NCBI GenBank assembly: GCA_045634005.1
Contig: JAZQZL010000003.1
Span: forward strand, 13,038-77,037
Direction of reading: 5' to 3'
Source of the DNA: Candidatus Flemingiibacterium sp.
Lineage (GTDB): Bacteria; Bacillota; Clostridia; Oscillospirales; CAG-272
Length of the DNA: 64,000 nucleotides
In this document: positions 10,293-20,598 of the stretch, piece after piece
How positions within the stretch are numbered: the stretch's first letter is position 1
Layout: each line of letters opens with the position of its first letter
Notes under the pieces: model-generated
What the model saw: only the letters and a program-made list of their open reading frames with translations
Database searches by the model: none
What the model was told of the DNA's origin: nothing
Program-made: the position numbers and the translations under genes

Positions 10293-10324
10293 AAGGAGGA
10301 GAGTTATCTCCTCCTTCTTTTTTG
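10293..10324 (+). terminator. Rho-independent terminator
   Basis: AAGGAGGAGA gtta TCTCCTCCTT followed by CTTTTTTG. Confidence 0.8.
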
Positions 10325-10550
10325 ATATTTTTACCATTTTTGGAGGTAGTTTTTTCTAAAAAGCTGCCGCTTTATGCCTCAATTTGTCGAAAATATAGCA
10401 CTTTTTTGTAGAAATGGTCTAAAATTGTCGAAATCCGCTCACAAAAGTTGATACATTTTTTACTTTTTCTATTGATTTTTACAGCATTTTATAGTATCAT
10501 ATATTTACTGACAAATTTATTATTTTTTTACAGTTAGGAGAACTCAAAAA

Positions 10551-10781
10551 ATGAACTACGTTTACAAGCTTACCGTATCAACCGTCACTTCAGAGGAGGG
10601 CACCGCACACACCACATTTGGAATCGAGGCGTATAAGAAGGGCGAAGCCAATCCCTGCCGTACAATCCCTGATATTTTTACAAGCCGCGAAGCTGCTGAA
10701 GATTTTATTCGTGCCTGCAACCTGCTCGGGCTTGACATAGACCATCTTGACGACGTGGTTTACGACGTCATCAACGCATAA
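10551..10781 (+). CDS. Small (76 aa) hypothetical protein, tandem paralog 1
   Basis: AGGAG RBS. It is the same length and collinear with the next ORF (MNY.Y...GIEAYKKGE...R.IP.IF..R..A..F......L.L....LD..V.D). Confidence 0.7.
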   Translation: MNYVYKLTVSTVTSEEGTAHTTFGIEAYKKGEANPCRTIPDIFTSREAAEDFIRACNLLGLDIDHLDDVVYDVINA

Positions 10782-10804
10782 AAACATACAAAGGAGAACA
10801 CGCT

Positions 10805-11035
10805 ATGAACTATTTTTACACAACCCACGCAACCACCACCTTTGACGAACGCGGCAATATGCGCCACATATGGGGCATCGCCGTATACAAAAAAGGCTCG
10901 CTCGTGCCGGAGCGAGTCATTCCTGGTATTTTCCGCGCACGCGACGCTATCGAATGGTTCGTCGACCTCATAAACGTCCTCGACCTATCCCCCGAGCAGC
11001 TCGACGCTGCGGTGTCCGACCTCGCGTGTGCATAG
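10805..11035 (+). CDS. Small (76 aa) hypothetical protein, tandem paralog 2
   Basis: AAGGAGAA RBS. Paralogous to 10551-10781. A hairpin terminator follows. Confidence 0.7.
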   Translation: MNYFYTTHATTTFDERGNMRHIWGIAVYKKGSLVPERVIPGIFRARDAIEWFVDLINVLDLSPEQLDAAVSDLACA

Positions 11036-11047
11036 ATTTACAAAAAA

Positions 11048-11074
11048 GCAGCTTACAGTCAAACTGTAAGCTGC
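11048..11074. terminator. Hairpin terminator between convergent genes
   Basis: gcagcttacag tcaaa ctgtaagctgc (11-bp stem), with an A-run upstream. Confidence 0.65.
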
Positions 11075-11080
11075 CTATAT

Positions 11081-12307
11081 TTATACGGATATTATGTAAA
11101 CCGTATTCGTTTGCTCATATCCTATGTCGAGTGCTGTGAAGTTGCCGTTTTTTTCTGCCCACTCGCCAAACTGCACGTCATCAAACGGAATACAGTTTTG
11201 CGTGAGGATGTAATTAAGCGAGTTAGCATAAAGTATACGATACATTTCATCGGACTCATACTCTGGCAGAAACATACAGTAAATGCAGTTGTTTATTCTG
11301 AATCCGCGTGTTTCCTGTATTCCAAGCCGCGAAACGCCAATCAACCGACCACCATCGAACATTCCAAACGGCTGATTGTCGACACGCTTTTCAAAGGGTA
11401 TGGCTAACGCTTGCTTTAGCCCCCAATCCCAGCGTCCGTTGTCGATATTCATTTCCTTTGCCCAAGCGACAACATCATCTATGTCATTTTCTTTGAGTAC
11501 ACGGAATTCGTATTTTTCGCTACCTTGCGGAAGCGATACTTCATCGCCAAAATACATTGCTTGCGGTATGGTGTCAAGCTTTTTGTACGCTATTCCATCG
11601 AGGACACGCTTGATTTCTTCACTATCCGTCACTTCTTCCACCGCAACCTGTATCACCTTCGGAGATAGCTTCATAAGGCACTCAACAAAGAAGCGAAGCT
11701 CTGAAACCTTTTTAACGTGAACATAAAAATATCTATATCCGGAAGGAAACATATCCGCGCCGATAAAGCAGCCCTCCGTGTCAATATCACGCTCACTCAG
11801 TATCACCGTTCCGTTTACTTCCATAGTAACGGCGTCGTAACCGAACCGCTTCGCGTCTGTTTTGAGCAAATAGTCGATTGCAATATCAGTCGGAACGACC
11901 TTAAATTCGGGGAACATATGCGCGATACGCTGACCTGTAACTGCATTAAGCTTAAGATCGGTGAATTTTAACGGCTCCGATTTGAACATTTCCCGATATT
12001 CACTCGGCGTTTTACCGTACTGATTTTTAAAGGCGCGTCCAAATCCGTCGTGGGAATCGTATCCGCACGCAAGACCTATATCCACTATGCTACGATCACC
12101 CTTACGAAGCTGCATCGCGGCATAAACAAGTCTGCGAAAACGAACGTATTCCATTACGTTATATCCCGTATGATTTCGAAATACTCGATTAAAATAATCG
12201 GTTGAGAATCCGATGTTTTTTGCTACGTCCTCTATATTCAGAGTAGACTCGGTTTTATTTTTTTCGATATAATCAAGTGCTTTTGCTACAAGTTCATAAT
12301 TTCCCAT
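11081..12307 (-). CDS. AraC-family transcriptional regulator (N-terminal HTH, large C-terminal sensor/GNAT-like region)
   Basis: STDYFNRVFRNHTGYNVMEYVRFRRL...GYDSHDGFGRAFKNQYGKTPSEYR. ATG at 12307 lies 8 nt after GGAGG. Confidence 0.85.
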   Translation of the reverse strand: MGNYELVAKALDYIEKNKTESTLNIEDVAKNIGFSTDYFNRVFRNHTGYNVMEYVRFRRLVYAAMQLRKGDRSIVDIGLACGYDSHDGFGRAFKNQYGKTPSEYREMFKSEPLKFTDLKLNAVTGQRIAHMFPEFKVVPTDIAIDYLLKTDAKRFGYDAVTMEVNGTVILSERDIDTEGCFIGADMFPSGYRYFYVHVKKVSELRFFVECLMKLSPKVIQVAVEEVTDSEEIKRVLDGIAYKKLDTIPQAMYFGDEVSLPQGSEKYEFRVLKENDIDDVVAWAKEMNIDNGRWDWGLKQALAIPFEKRVDNQPFGMFDGGRLIGVSRLGIQETRGFRINNCIYCMFLPEYESDEMYRILYANSLNYILTQNCIPFDDVQFGEWAEKNGNFTALDIGYEQTNTVYIISV

Positions 12308-12446
12308 AAACACAACCTCCTTTTTATTCGGAGCATTCCGCGGTATGCTTCGGTATGTTTATTATATCAAAGCGGCGCATAAAATTCTCGACTGAAAACG
12401 TTCAATACATTACGCCCCACCGCGACTGCAGCGGTGGGGCGCATTT

Positions 12447-15284
12447 CTATTTCTCCTTCATTATCTTTTTGAGATACTGTCCCGTATACGAGCGCTCGCA
12501 CTCGGCAACCGCCTCGGGCGTACCCGTCGCGATGATCTCACCACCGCCGTCACCGCCCTCGGGACCGAGGTCGATAATGTAGTCGGCAGTTTTTATCATA
12601 TCGAGATTGTGCTCGATAACGAGCACCGTGTTGCCTGCATCAACAAGTCGCTGAAGCACCTCGATAAGCTTCTTAACGTCCGCCATATGAAGTCCCGTCG
12701 TCGGCTCGTCGAGGATATAGATCGTCTTGCCTGTAGAGCGCTTTGCAAGCTCTGTTGCGAGCTTGACACGCTGTGCCTCACCGCCCGAAAGCGTGGTTGA
12801 GGACTGACCTATCTTGATATAGCCGAGTCCGACGTCATAAAGCGTCTGAAGCTTACGCGCAAGGCTTGGCAGATGTGCGAAGAACTCAAGCCCCTCCTCA
12901 ACGGTCATCTCAAGCACGTCGGAAATATTCTTGCCCTTATACTTGACCTCGAGCGTATCGCGGTTGTAGCGCTTGCCCTTGCACGCGTCGCAAGTAACGT
13001 AAACGTCCGGCAAGAAATGCATCTCTATACACTTCACACCGTCGCCCTCACACGCCTCACAGCGACCGCCCTTCACGTTGAACGAGAAACGACCTGCCGA
13101 ATATCCGCGCATTTTTGCATCGGTAGTCTTGGCGAAAAGGTCGCGTATATCGGTGAAAAGTCCTGTGTACGTCGCGGGATTCGAGCGTGGTGTACGGCCT
13201 ATCGGGCTTTGGTCGATAGCGATTATCTTATCGAGGTTATCGATGCCCTCGATGCGCTTGTGCTTGCCGGGATATGTGTGTGCACGGTTAAGCTCGCGCG
13301 CGAGCACCTGATAGAGTATCGAGTTGACAAGCGACGACTTGCCCGAGCCCGACACACCGGTCACACAGCAGAAAAGTCCAAGCGGAATTTCAACGTCAAC
13401 GTTTTTGAGGTTGTTCTGTGCGGCACCGACTATCTTAACGAATTTTCCGTTACCGGAGCGGCGTATCGCCGGGACTTCTATCTTTTCCCTGCCCGACAAA
13501 AATGCGCCCGTCACAGACGTGGGATGCGCCTTTATCTCGTCGGGTGTACCCGCGGCGACTATCTGTCCTCCGTGGATACCTGCGCCGGGGCCTATGTCTA
13601 CGATGTAGTCTGATGCCTCCATCGTTTCCTCGTCGTGCTCGACGACGATAAGGCTGTTGCCTGCATCACGCAAACGTTTAAGCGTCGCGATAAGCTTCGA
13701 ATTGTCGCGCTGATGCAGACCGATGCTCGGCTCGTCGAGGATATAGAGCACGCCCATAAGCGAGGAGCCAATCTGCGTTGCAAGGCGTATACGCTGTGCC
13801 TCACCGCCCGAAAGCGTTCCCGCTTTACGCGCGAGTGTGAGGTACTCAAGTCCGACGCTTTCCAAAAATCCAAGACGCGACTTTATCTCCTTGATTATCT
13901 CGCGTGCTATCGCCATTTCTGTTTCGGTAAATGTGAGTCCGTTTACAAACTCAAGCGCCTTCGACACCGACATACGGCAAAAATCGTCGATATTTATACC
14001 GCCGACAGTAACCGCAAGCGACATCGGATTAAGCCGCTTACCGTGACATTCAGGACACGGAGTATCCTCGATAAATTCCTCGTAATACTCGTGCTGCGAC
14101 TGATCGAATCGCTGCTGAATTATGTTTATAACGCCGTCAAATTTCACGCGCTGATGCTTTGCGGCGCCTTCCCAATATCGCGTGATCTCGTACATTTCGT
14201 TGCCCGAGCCATAGAGCAACACCTTAAGCTGCTTGTCCGTGTACTCGGAAAGCGGCATATCAAAAGTAAAGCCGTACTTTTTGGCAACCGCCTCGAAAAG
14301 CGGTCCGTTCCAGCTCTGCTCGTCAAGCGACTTAAAGCCGTTCACCTGTATCGCGCCTTCGGAAAGTGAAAGCGACTTATCGGGGATCACCTTCTCTGCC
14401 GATACGGTTCTCATCTCACCAAGTCCCGCGCATCTCTCGCATGCACCGAACGGATTATTAAACGAGAACATTCGCGGCGAGAGCTCGCCAACGCTGATGC
14501 CGTGCTCCTCGCAGGCATAGCTCTGCGAGAAGGACATTTCCGTATCTCCCTCGAACGCTTCTCCGTCGCGAAGCACGACGGACACGACGAGATTTCCGTC
14601 TGTGAGCGCGAGTGCAGTTTCAACCGAGTCCGCAAGTCGCGAGCGCATATCCTCGCGGCGAACGAGTCGGTCAACGACGATCTCGACGGTATGCTTAATA
14701 TTCTTATCAAGCTTTATTTCTTCGGCAAGATCATACATCGAGCCGTCCACGCGGACACGCACGTATCCGCTCTTCTTTGCGTCCTCAAATATCTTTTCGT
14801 GCATACCCTTTTTGCCGCGAACCATCGGTGCAAGCACCATAAAACGCGTGCCCTCGGGCAGCAGCATAATTCGGTCGATTATCTGATCGACGGTCTGCTG
14901 GCGTATCTCCTTACCGCAGATCGGGCAGTGCGGTATGCCGACACGGGCATAAAGAAGGCGCAGATAGTCGTATATCTCCGTTACCGTTCCAACGGTAGAA
15001 CGCGGGTTTTTCGACGTTGTTTTCTGATCTATCGAAATTGCGGGCGAAAGTCCCTCGATAGAGTCAAGATCGGGCTTATCAAGCTGACCTAAAAACATTC
15101 GGGCATAGCTCGACAGCGACTCCACAAAGCGACGGTGTCCTTCGGCATAGATAGTATCAAATGCAAGCGAGGACTTACCCGAACCCGACAAACCCGTGAA
15201 TACAACGAGCTTATCGCGCGGGATCGTCAGATCAATGTTTTTTAGATTGTGTACGCGCACACCGCGCATAATTAAATCTGCCAT
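12447..15284 (-). CDS. uvrA: Excinuclease ABC subunit A
   Basis: 945 aa. [45 protein letters not shown]. It carries two ABC modules and zinc fingers. Confidence 0.98.
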   Translation of the reverse strand: MADLIMRGVRVHNLKNIDLTIPRDKLVVFTGLSGSGKSSLAFDTIYAEGHRRFVESLSSYARMFLGQLDKPDLDSIEGLSPAISIDQKTTSKNPRSTVGTVTEIYDYLRLLYARVGIPHCPICGKEIRQQTVDQIIDRIMLLPEGTRFMVLAPMVRGKKGMHEKIFEDAKKSGYVRVRVDGSMYDLAEEIKLDKNIKHTVEIVVDRLVRREDMRSRLADSVETALALTDGNLVVSVVLRDGEAFEGDTEMSFSQSYACEEHGISVGELSPRMFSFNNPFGACERCAGLGEMRTVSAEKVIPDKSLSLSEGAIQVNGFKSLDEQSWNGPLFEAVAKKYGFTFDMPLSEYTDKQLKVLLYGSGNEMYEITRYWEGAAKHQRVKFDGVINIIQQRFDQSQHEYYEEFIEDTPCPECHGKRLNPMSLAVTVGGINIDDFCRMSVSKALEFVNGLTFTETEMAIAREIIKEIKSRLGFLESVGLEYLTLARKAGTLSGGEAQRIRLATQIGSSLMGVLYILDEPSIGLHQRDNSKLIATLKRLRDAGNSLIVVEHDEETMEASDYIVDIGPGAGIHGGQIVAAGTPDEIKAHPTSVTGAFLSGREKIEVPAIRRSGNGKFVKIVGAAQNNLKNVDVEIPLGLFCCVTGVSGSGKSSLVNSILYQVLARELNRAHTYPGKHKRIEGIDNLDKIIAIDQSPIGRTPRSNPATYTGLFTDIRDLFAKTTDAKMRGYSAGRFSFNVKGGRCEACEGDGVKCIEMHFLPDVYVTCDACKGKRYNRDTLEVKYKGKNISDVLEMTVEEGLEFFAHLPSLARKLQTLYDVGLGYIKIGQSSTTLSGGEAQRVKLATELAKRSTGKTIYILDEPTTGLHMADVKKLIEVLQRLVDAGNTVLVIEHNLDMIKTADYIIDLGPEGGDGGGEIIATGTPEAVAECERSYTGQYLKKIMKEK

Positions 15285-15308
15285 TGTTTACTCCTGAATT
15301 TATATAAT

Positions 15309-17288
15309 TCACTGCAAATTCTTGATCTTGTCGCGCAGATATGCGGCACGCTCGAATTCGAGCTTCTTTGCCGCCGCGCGCATCTCGACTGTAAGCTCGT
15401 CGATAAGCGCCTGACGCTCGTCCTTCGTGAGCTTCTTCTTGTCTGCGATAGCTTCCTTGAAACGCTTTTCGGGCGATGCCTCGGCTTCCTTCTTGCCGAT
15501 CTCGATAAGATCACGCACACTCTTTTTGATCGTCTGCGGAGTGATGCCGTTCGCTTCGTTATAAGCCTTCTGAAGCTCGCGGCGGCGGTTGGTTTCGTCG
15601 ATAGCCGCACGCATCGACGGCGTTACCGTGTCTGCGTACATTATAACCTTGCCGTCCGCATTACGCGCCGCACGTCCTATCGTCTGTATAAGCGACGTTT
15701 CGGAGCGCAAAAAGCCCTCCTTGTCCGCATCGAGTATCGCAACGAGCGACACCTCGGGTATATCAAGTCCCTCACGAAGCAGGTTGATACCTACAAGTAC
15801 GTCGAATACACCGAGTCGCAGGTCGCGTATTATCTCACTGCGCTCCATCGTTTCGATGTTATGGTGGATATACTTGACCTTGATAAGGTTCATTTCGAGG
15901 TACTCGGTGAGGTCCTCCGCCATCTTCTTCGTAAGCGTGGTTATGAGCACTCGCTCGCCGCGCTCTACGCGCGCGTTTATCTCGCCGATGAGGTCGTCTA
16001 TCTGCCCCTCAACAGGACGCACCTCGACCTCGGGATCAAGTAATCCCGTCGGGCGGATTATCTGCTCAACCGTTTGCTCGGAATGAGTTTTTTCATACTC
16101 TGCGGGGGTTGCGCTTACAAATATCGTCTGATTTATCTTATTTTCAAACTCGTCGAAAAACAGAGGTCTGTTGTCAAATGCCGACGGAAGCCTAAACCCG
16201 AATTCGACGAGGTTTTTCTTTCTCGCGCGGTCGCCGCCGCTCATACCCTTTACCTGCGGCAAGGTAACGTGTGACTCGTCGACAAAGAGAAGGAAATCCT
16301 TCGGGAAATAGTCAAGCAGCGAATACGGCGTTGAGCCGGGTTCACGTCCTGCCATAACGCGCGAATAGTTTTCAACGCCAGAGCAGAAGCCGATCTCACG
16401 AAGCATTTCGAGGTCGTAACGCGTACGCTCCTCTATGCGCTGTGCTTCAAGCAGCTTATTCTGCGAGCGGAAGAAATCAACTCGTTCAACAAGCTCGTCC
16501 TCTATCTCCCTCAGCGCCTTTTCGCGGCGCTCGTCGGACACGGCATAGTGAGTCGCGGGATATATTGCCGCATAGGAAAGCGTGCGAAGCAGCTCGCCCG
16601 TAACTGTATTTATCTCAGACACGCGCTCGATCTCGTCGCCAAAGAATTCCACGCGGATCGCCTTATCGCCGCTCGATGCGGGAAGCACCTCAACAACGTC
16701 GCCGCGAACTCTGAACTTGTCGCGAACGAAATTCATATCGTTGCGGTCGTACGACATCGAGATAAGCCGCCTTGTAAACTCGTCGCGCTCCATTATCATA
16801 CCGGGGCGCACCGCGATAAACATCGACTGATACTCCGCCGGATCACCGAGCGAGTAGATACACGACACGCTCGACACGATTATAACGTCGCGCCGCTCAA
16901 AAAGCGCACTCGTCGCGCTGTGGCGAAGCATATCGATCTCGTCGTTTACAGAGCTGTCCTTTTCTATATACATATCCTTGCCCGGGATATACGCCTCGGG
17001 CTGATAGTAGTCGTAGTACGACACAAAAAACTCCACCGCGTTTTCGGGAAAGAACTCGCGAAACTCCGAACAAAGCTGTGCGGCGAGCGTTTTGTTATGC
17101 GCAAGCACGAGCGTTGGGCGGTTGACCTCGGCGATAATGTTCGCCATTGTGAAGGTCTTGCCCGAGCCGGTAACGCCGAGCAGGGTCTGATTTTTCATAC
17201 CCGCCATAACACCTGCAGAGAGGCGCTCGATAGCGGCAGGCTGATCGCCTGTCGGTTTATATGGAGAATGAAGCTTGAATCTGTCCAT
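15309..17288 (-). CDS. uvrB: Excinuclease ABC subunit B
   Basis: 659 aa. [25 protein letters not shown], and a C-terminal UVR domain. Confidence 0.98.
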   Translation of the reverse strand: MDRFKLHSPYKPTGDQPAAIERLSAGVMAGMKNQTLLGVTGSGKTFTMANIIAEVNRPTLVLAHNKTLAAQLCSEFREFFPENAVEFFVSYYDYYQPEAYIPGKDMYIEKDSSVNDEIDMLRHSATSALFERRDVIIVSSVSCIYSLGDPAEYQSMFIAVRPGMIMERDEFTRRLISMSYDRNDMNFVRDKFRVRGDVVEVLPASSGDKAIRVEFFGDEIERVSEINTVTGELLRTLSYAAIYPATHYAVSDERREKALREIEDELVERVDFFRSQNKLLEAQRIEERTRYDLEMLREIGFCSGVENYSRVMAGREPGSTPYSLLDYFPKDFLLFVDESHVTLPQVKGMSGGDRARKKNLVEFGFRLPSAFDNRPLFFDEFENKINQTIFVSATPAEYEKTHSEQTVEQIIRPTGLLDPEVEVRPVEGQIDDLIGEINARVERGERVLITTLTKKMAEDLTEYLEMNLIKVKYIHHNIETMERSEIIRDLRLGVFDVLVGINLLREGLDIPEVSLVAILDADKEGFLRSETSLIQTIGRAARNADGKVIMYADTVTPSMRAAIDETNRRRELQKAYNEANGITPQTIKKSVRDLIEIGKKEAEASPEKRFKEAIADKKKLTKDERQALIDELTVEMRAAAKKLEFERAAYLRDKIKNLQ

Positions 17289-17487
17289 AATTGCCTCCCG
17301 TTAAAGTTTGTCCACATACTTAAAGTATATCACAAAACATTTTAAATGTAAAGATGATAGAAAACTTAAAATAAAATTTCCATTTGTGCGAACAAATCTT
17401 ATTTTTTTGCGTCTAATATGTCAGATATGAGATTTTTTGGTGTCTTATACTTATGAAAGGCCCTTTCAGACACAGGAGGTGGACAGA

Positions 17488-18042
17488 TTGACAGATGAAG
17501 CTATAATTGAGATGTATTTTTTGAGAGATGAGTGCGCGATAGCGGAAAGTGACGCGGCATACGGCGCGTACTGCCTTGCCGTGGCAAACAACATACTCCC
17601 CTCACGCGAGGACGCAAGGGAGTGTGTCAACGACACGTGGTTGCGTGCGTGGAACAGCATTCCGCCGCAAAGACCGAGCGTGCTTCGACTGTTTTTCACG
17701 AAGATAACGCGAAATTTAGCATACAACAAGGCTCGAGAAAACGGTGCCGCCAAGCGAGGCGGTGAGCTTCACGCGGCGCTTGACGAGCTTGAGGGCGTAA
17801 TTGGCGAAAGCTGTATCGAGCGTCACATAGAAAGCTCCGAGCTAACGCGGATAATAAACGAATTTTTGGCGACGCTTGACGTGCGCGAGCGCGGAGTTTT
17901 CGTGAGAAGGTACTTTTTCGTTGAAGCAACGCGTGACATCGCGCAGAGATACGCTATATCAAACGCAAACGTGCTGACAGTACTTTCGCGGACACGCAAA
18001 AAGTTAAGGCGCCACCTTGAAAGGGAGGGATATACGCTGTGA
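17488..18042 (+). CDS. ECF-type RNA polymerase sigma factor
   Basis: Region 2 is REDARECVNDTWLRAW and region 4 is IAQRYAISNANVLTVLSRTRKKLR. The preferred start is TTG at 17488, 8 nt after AGGAGG; the track ORF starts at 17437. Confidence 0.85.
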   Translation: MTDEAIIEMYFLRDECAIAESDAAYGAYCLAVANNILPSREDARECVNDTWLRAWNSIPPQRPSVLRLFFTKITRNLAYNKARENGAAKRGGELHAALDELEGVIGESCIERHIESSELTRIINEFLATLDVRERGVFVRRYFFVEATRDIAQRYAISNANVLTVLSRTRKKLRRHLEREGYTL

Positions 18043-20417
18043 AAAAAGAGGATTTATTTGAGGCAATCGGAAATATAGACGAGTATTACGTAAAAGAAAG
18101 CGAGCAAAAAGCAGCTTCGGCAATACGCCCGTTTGGCATTGGCAGAACGCTTGTGAGCGCCGCGGCTATCGTACTGATATTCGGCGTGGCGATAATACTG
18201 TCGCAGCTGATACGCCCCGACGGGGTTTCGCCCGTTGACACGGGCGACTTAACCGACACAACGGATACAACACTTGACATCGCGATAGAATACAACCACC
18301 CGTCGGATGAGGAAATAAAAGCCGCGTACGAGGCGGCGTGTGAGGCGGCAAGCTGGTTCACTCAATCCTCACTCGGTACAGAGTGCGGCGACAAGGACGA
18401 TAATATCGTCATCGACGGTCAGCCGTATTGGCGCGTAACGAAGTTTGAAACGAACGACGAATTCAAGGAATATCTGCTCTCGCTTTTCTCGGATAGGCTT
18501 GCGGCAGAATTTGTAAACAACTCGAGCGATTACGTTGTTCAGGACGGCAAGCTCTACTCTGCTCCTGCTCCCGGAGGCGTTGCGCCGCCGTGGAATGAGG
18601 AGTTCAGAATTTCGGATATTTCTCACGATGATGAGGATACAATCTCCATACTGGTTACGTATGACATATACGACTACGCAGATACAAGCGCAATCGCGCC
18701 GACGGGACAGGTGATCGGTAATGAAATGCAGCTCTTTCTGTACGAAAAAGTCGGCGACAAGTGGGTGTTCACAAGATTCCCCACGCTTGACTCTATGGAG
18801 ATTTACGAGAAGTATACCGGCACGGTCGAAAATGACCTGACGGACGGCAATTATATACTCATTACAAACGGCGTGAACGTTCCGATCCCCGGCGAGTATA
18901 TGAGCAACAGCTACCTCAACATCGTAACGGGCAGCAACAGCGGCGCACTGATAACCTTCTACTGCTCGCCCACGTACGTTGGCAGTGCTCGCGGCGAGAT
19001 ACTTCGCCTCTACCGTTACACTAAAGACGAGTATGTGACCAACGTTCTGCAAAACCCTGTTGGGAACGTATATTCCCTTGCCTGCGACGGCGAATATTAC
19101 TATGCTATGAGTATTCCGACCGATCTTCAGGTTGACCCGACTGACACGGAGGGCGCAAAGAAATACGAACAGCTCGCCGAAGCCTGCCGTACGGCTATAC
19201 TCGAAAGCTTTGCCGCAGTGAATGGGTTTGCATCGGTTCATCTTAACTATGGCGGCGGCATAAACATCTTAACCGTCGGCGGTGTTAAGTACCCCATTCC
19301 CACAGACGTTTCGGGATACGAAAACCTCGGCTTTGACACAGATGGCGACTCGGTGTTCACGCTTACCGTTAACGGCTACAGTAAAGTATACAGCATCTAC
19401 CGCTATGCTGCCGATGAGTATATAGAAAAGCTCGCAAACGGTGAAATAGACAAAGACCGCACTCTCCCACTCGCGAGTGACGGCGAAAACTATTATGTAG
19501 TTTATTACTCGTCGGATACCGTTGCGGTATTCTCCGAGGTACTGTTTGATTATTTCCCCACGATAAACGGGTTTGATCCAATGGTAAAAACAGAGCCGGC
19601 CGATTCTGCAAAGGATTTGAATTTCGTTGGTATAGACGGCGTTAAAATACCGATACCCTCGAAATATTCAACGGGCGATTACACGGGCTTTGACAGCGAG
19701 GGCGACTCGATAATGATTATATACTACACACCCGAGCACGACAAAAGCGGATACGGCGAAATACTGCGCATCCACCGCTACAGCGCAGGCGAGTACGAGC
19801 GCAACTTCCTTGAGAGTAATCTCTACATGGGCGGCGCGTTTGCGCTCGCAACCGACGGCAAAAGCTACTACGTTATGAGCACCCCGACGGACGTTCAGGC
19901 AGACCCAACCAATACCGAATCGTTCGAGGAATACGCCGAGGTTGCAGAGGCGTGCCGTGCGGCTATACTCGAAAACTTCACAGATGTCAACGGATTTGAA
20001 GCGGTTGACTCAAAAGAGTTTTACGAGCGCAAATACACCTTTGACGGCGAGCACTACTTCATACGCTTCTATCCCTACGGCAAGGGCACGGACAGCTATT
20101 ATACGCTCGTTTTGTCACAGCCTGCAAAAGAGGGCGAGGGCGGCATATGGTGCGTCGAGCGTTGGCTCGACCATCACATTGAGGAAATTTCCTCTCTCGG
20201 TCACATACACTTGAGCTTCCCCGACAGCGGCGATCTTTCCGCGGCACAATACTACGCAAAGGTGCAGACGGAATTTGACAGCGGCAAGCACAGTGAGCTT
20301 GCGTCACCGATGACTGCGGCGAAGGCTTGGGCGGCGGAAATATTCTCAAGCAGCTATATGGGATATTTCGAAGCTGCCAACGAACAAGATATGCCCGAGG
20401 GCGAGTGGGTGTATTAA
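18039..20417 (+). CDS. Putative anti-sigma factor / membrane sensor with three internal repeat modules
   Basis: The GTG start overlaps the sigma gene's stop (GTGA). One TM helix (LVSAAAIVLIFGVAIILSQLI). The extracytoplasmic part contains three copies of a module of about 125 aa (G(V/I)(N/K).PIP...GEILR(L/I).RY...EY...). Confidence 0.7.
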   Translation: MKKEDLFEAIGNIDEYYVKESEQKAASAIRPFGIGRTLVSAAAIVLIFGVAIILSQLIRPDGVSPVDTGDLTDTTDTTLDIAIEYNHPSDEEIKAAYEAACEAASWFTQSSLGTECGDKDDNIVIDGQPYWRVTKFETNDEFKEYLLSLFSDRLAAEFVNNSSDYVVQDGKLYSAPAPGGVAPPWNEEFRISDISHDDEDTISILVTYDIYDYADTSAIAPTGQVIGNEMQLFLYEKVGDKWVFTRFPTLDSMEIYEKYTGTVENDLTDGNYILITNGVNVPIPGEYMSNSYLNIVTGSNSGALITFYCSPTYVGSARGEILRLYRYTKDEYVTNVLQNPVGNVYSLACDGEYYYAMSIPTDLQVDPTDTEGAKKYEQLAEACRTAILESFAAVNGFASVHLNYGGGINILTVGGVKYPIPTDVSGYENLGFDTDGDSVFTLTVNGYSKVYSIYRYAADEYIEKLANGEIDKDRTLPLASDGENYYVVYYSSDTVAVFSEVLFDYFPTINGFDPMVKTEPADSAKDLNFVGIDGVKIPIPSKYSTGDYTGFDSEGDSIMIIYYTPEHDKSGYGEILRIHRYSAGEYERNFLESNLYMGGAFALATDGKSYYVMSTPTDVQADPTNTESFEEYAEVAEACRAAILENFTDVNGFEAVDSKEFYERKYTFDGEHYFIRFYPYGKGTDSYYTLVLSQPAKEGEGGIWCVERWLDHHIEEISSLGHIHLSFPDSGDLSAAQYYAKVQTEFDSGKHSELASPMTAAKAWAAEIFSSSYMGYFEAANEQDMPEGEWVY

Positions 20418-20457
20418 AACACGAGATAATGCGGCAATCTATGTTTTTCTAAAACTC

Positions 20458-20537
20458 TGTAGGGACCGGCGTCCTCGACGGTCCGTTTCGAAGTAAGAGT
20501 CGATAGTTTCGGACCGTCCGGGAGTCCGGTCCCTACA
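20458..20537. repeat. Long GC-rich imperfect palindrome (REP-like hairpin element)
   Basis: Outer 12-bp stem TGTAGGGACCGG / CCGGTCCCTACA and inner 9-bp stem GACGGTCCG / CGGACCGTC, separated by an internal loop. Confidence 0.6.
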
Positions 20538-20543
20538 AAAAAA

Positions 20544-20572
20544 GCGCAGAGAAAATATCTCTGCGTTTTTTA
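20544..20572. terminator. Bidirectional rho-independent terminator
   Basis: A7-GCGCAGAGA-aaata-TCTCTGCG-T6, between convergent genes. Confidence 0.8.
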
Positions 20573-20598
20573 TTTATCTTTGTTCTAAAGTTGCATAC

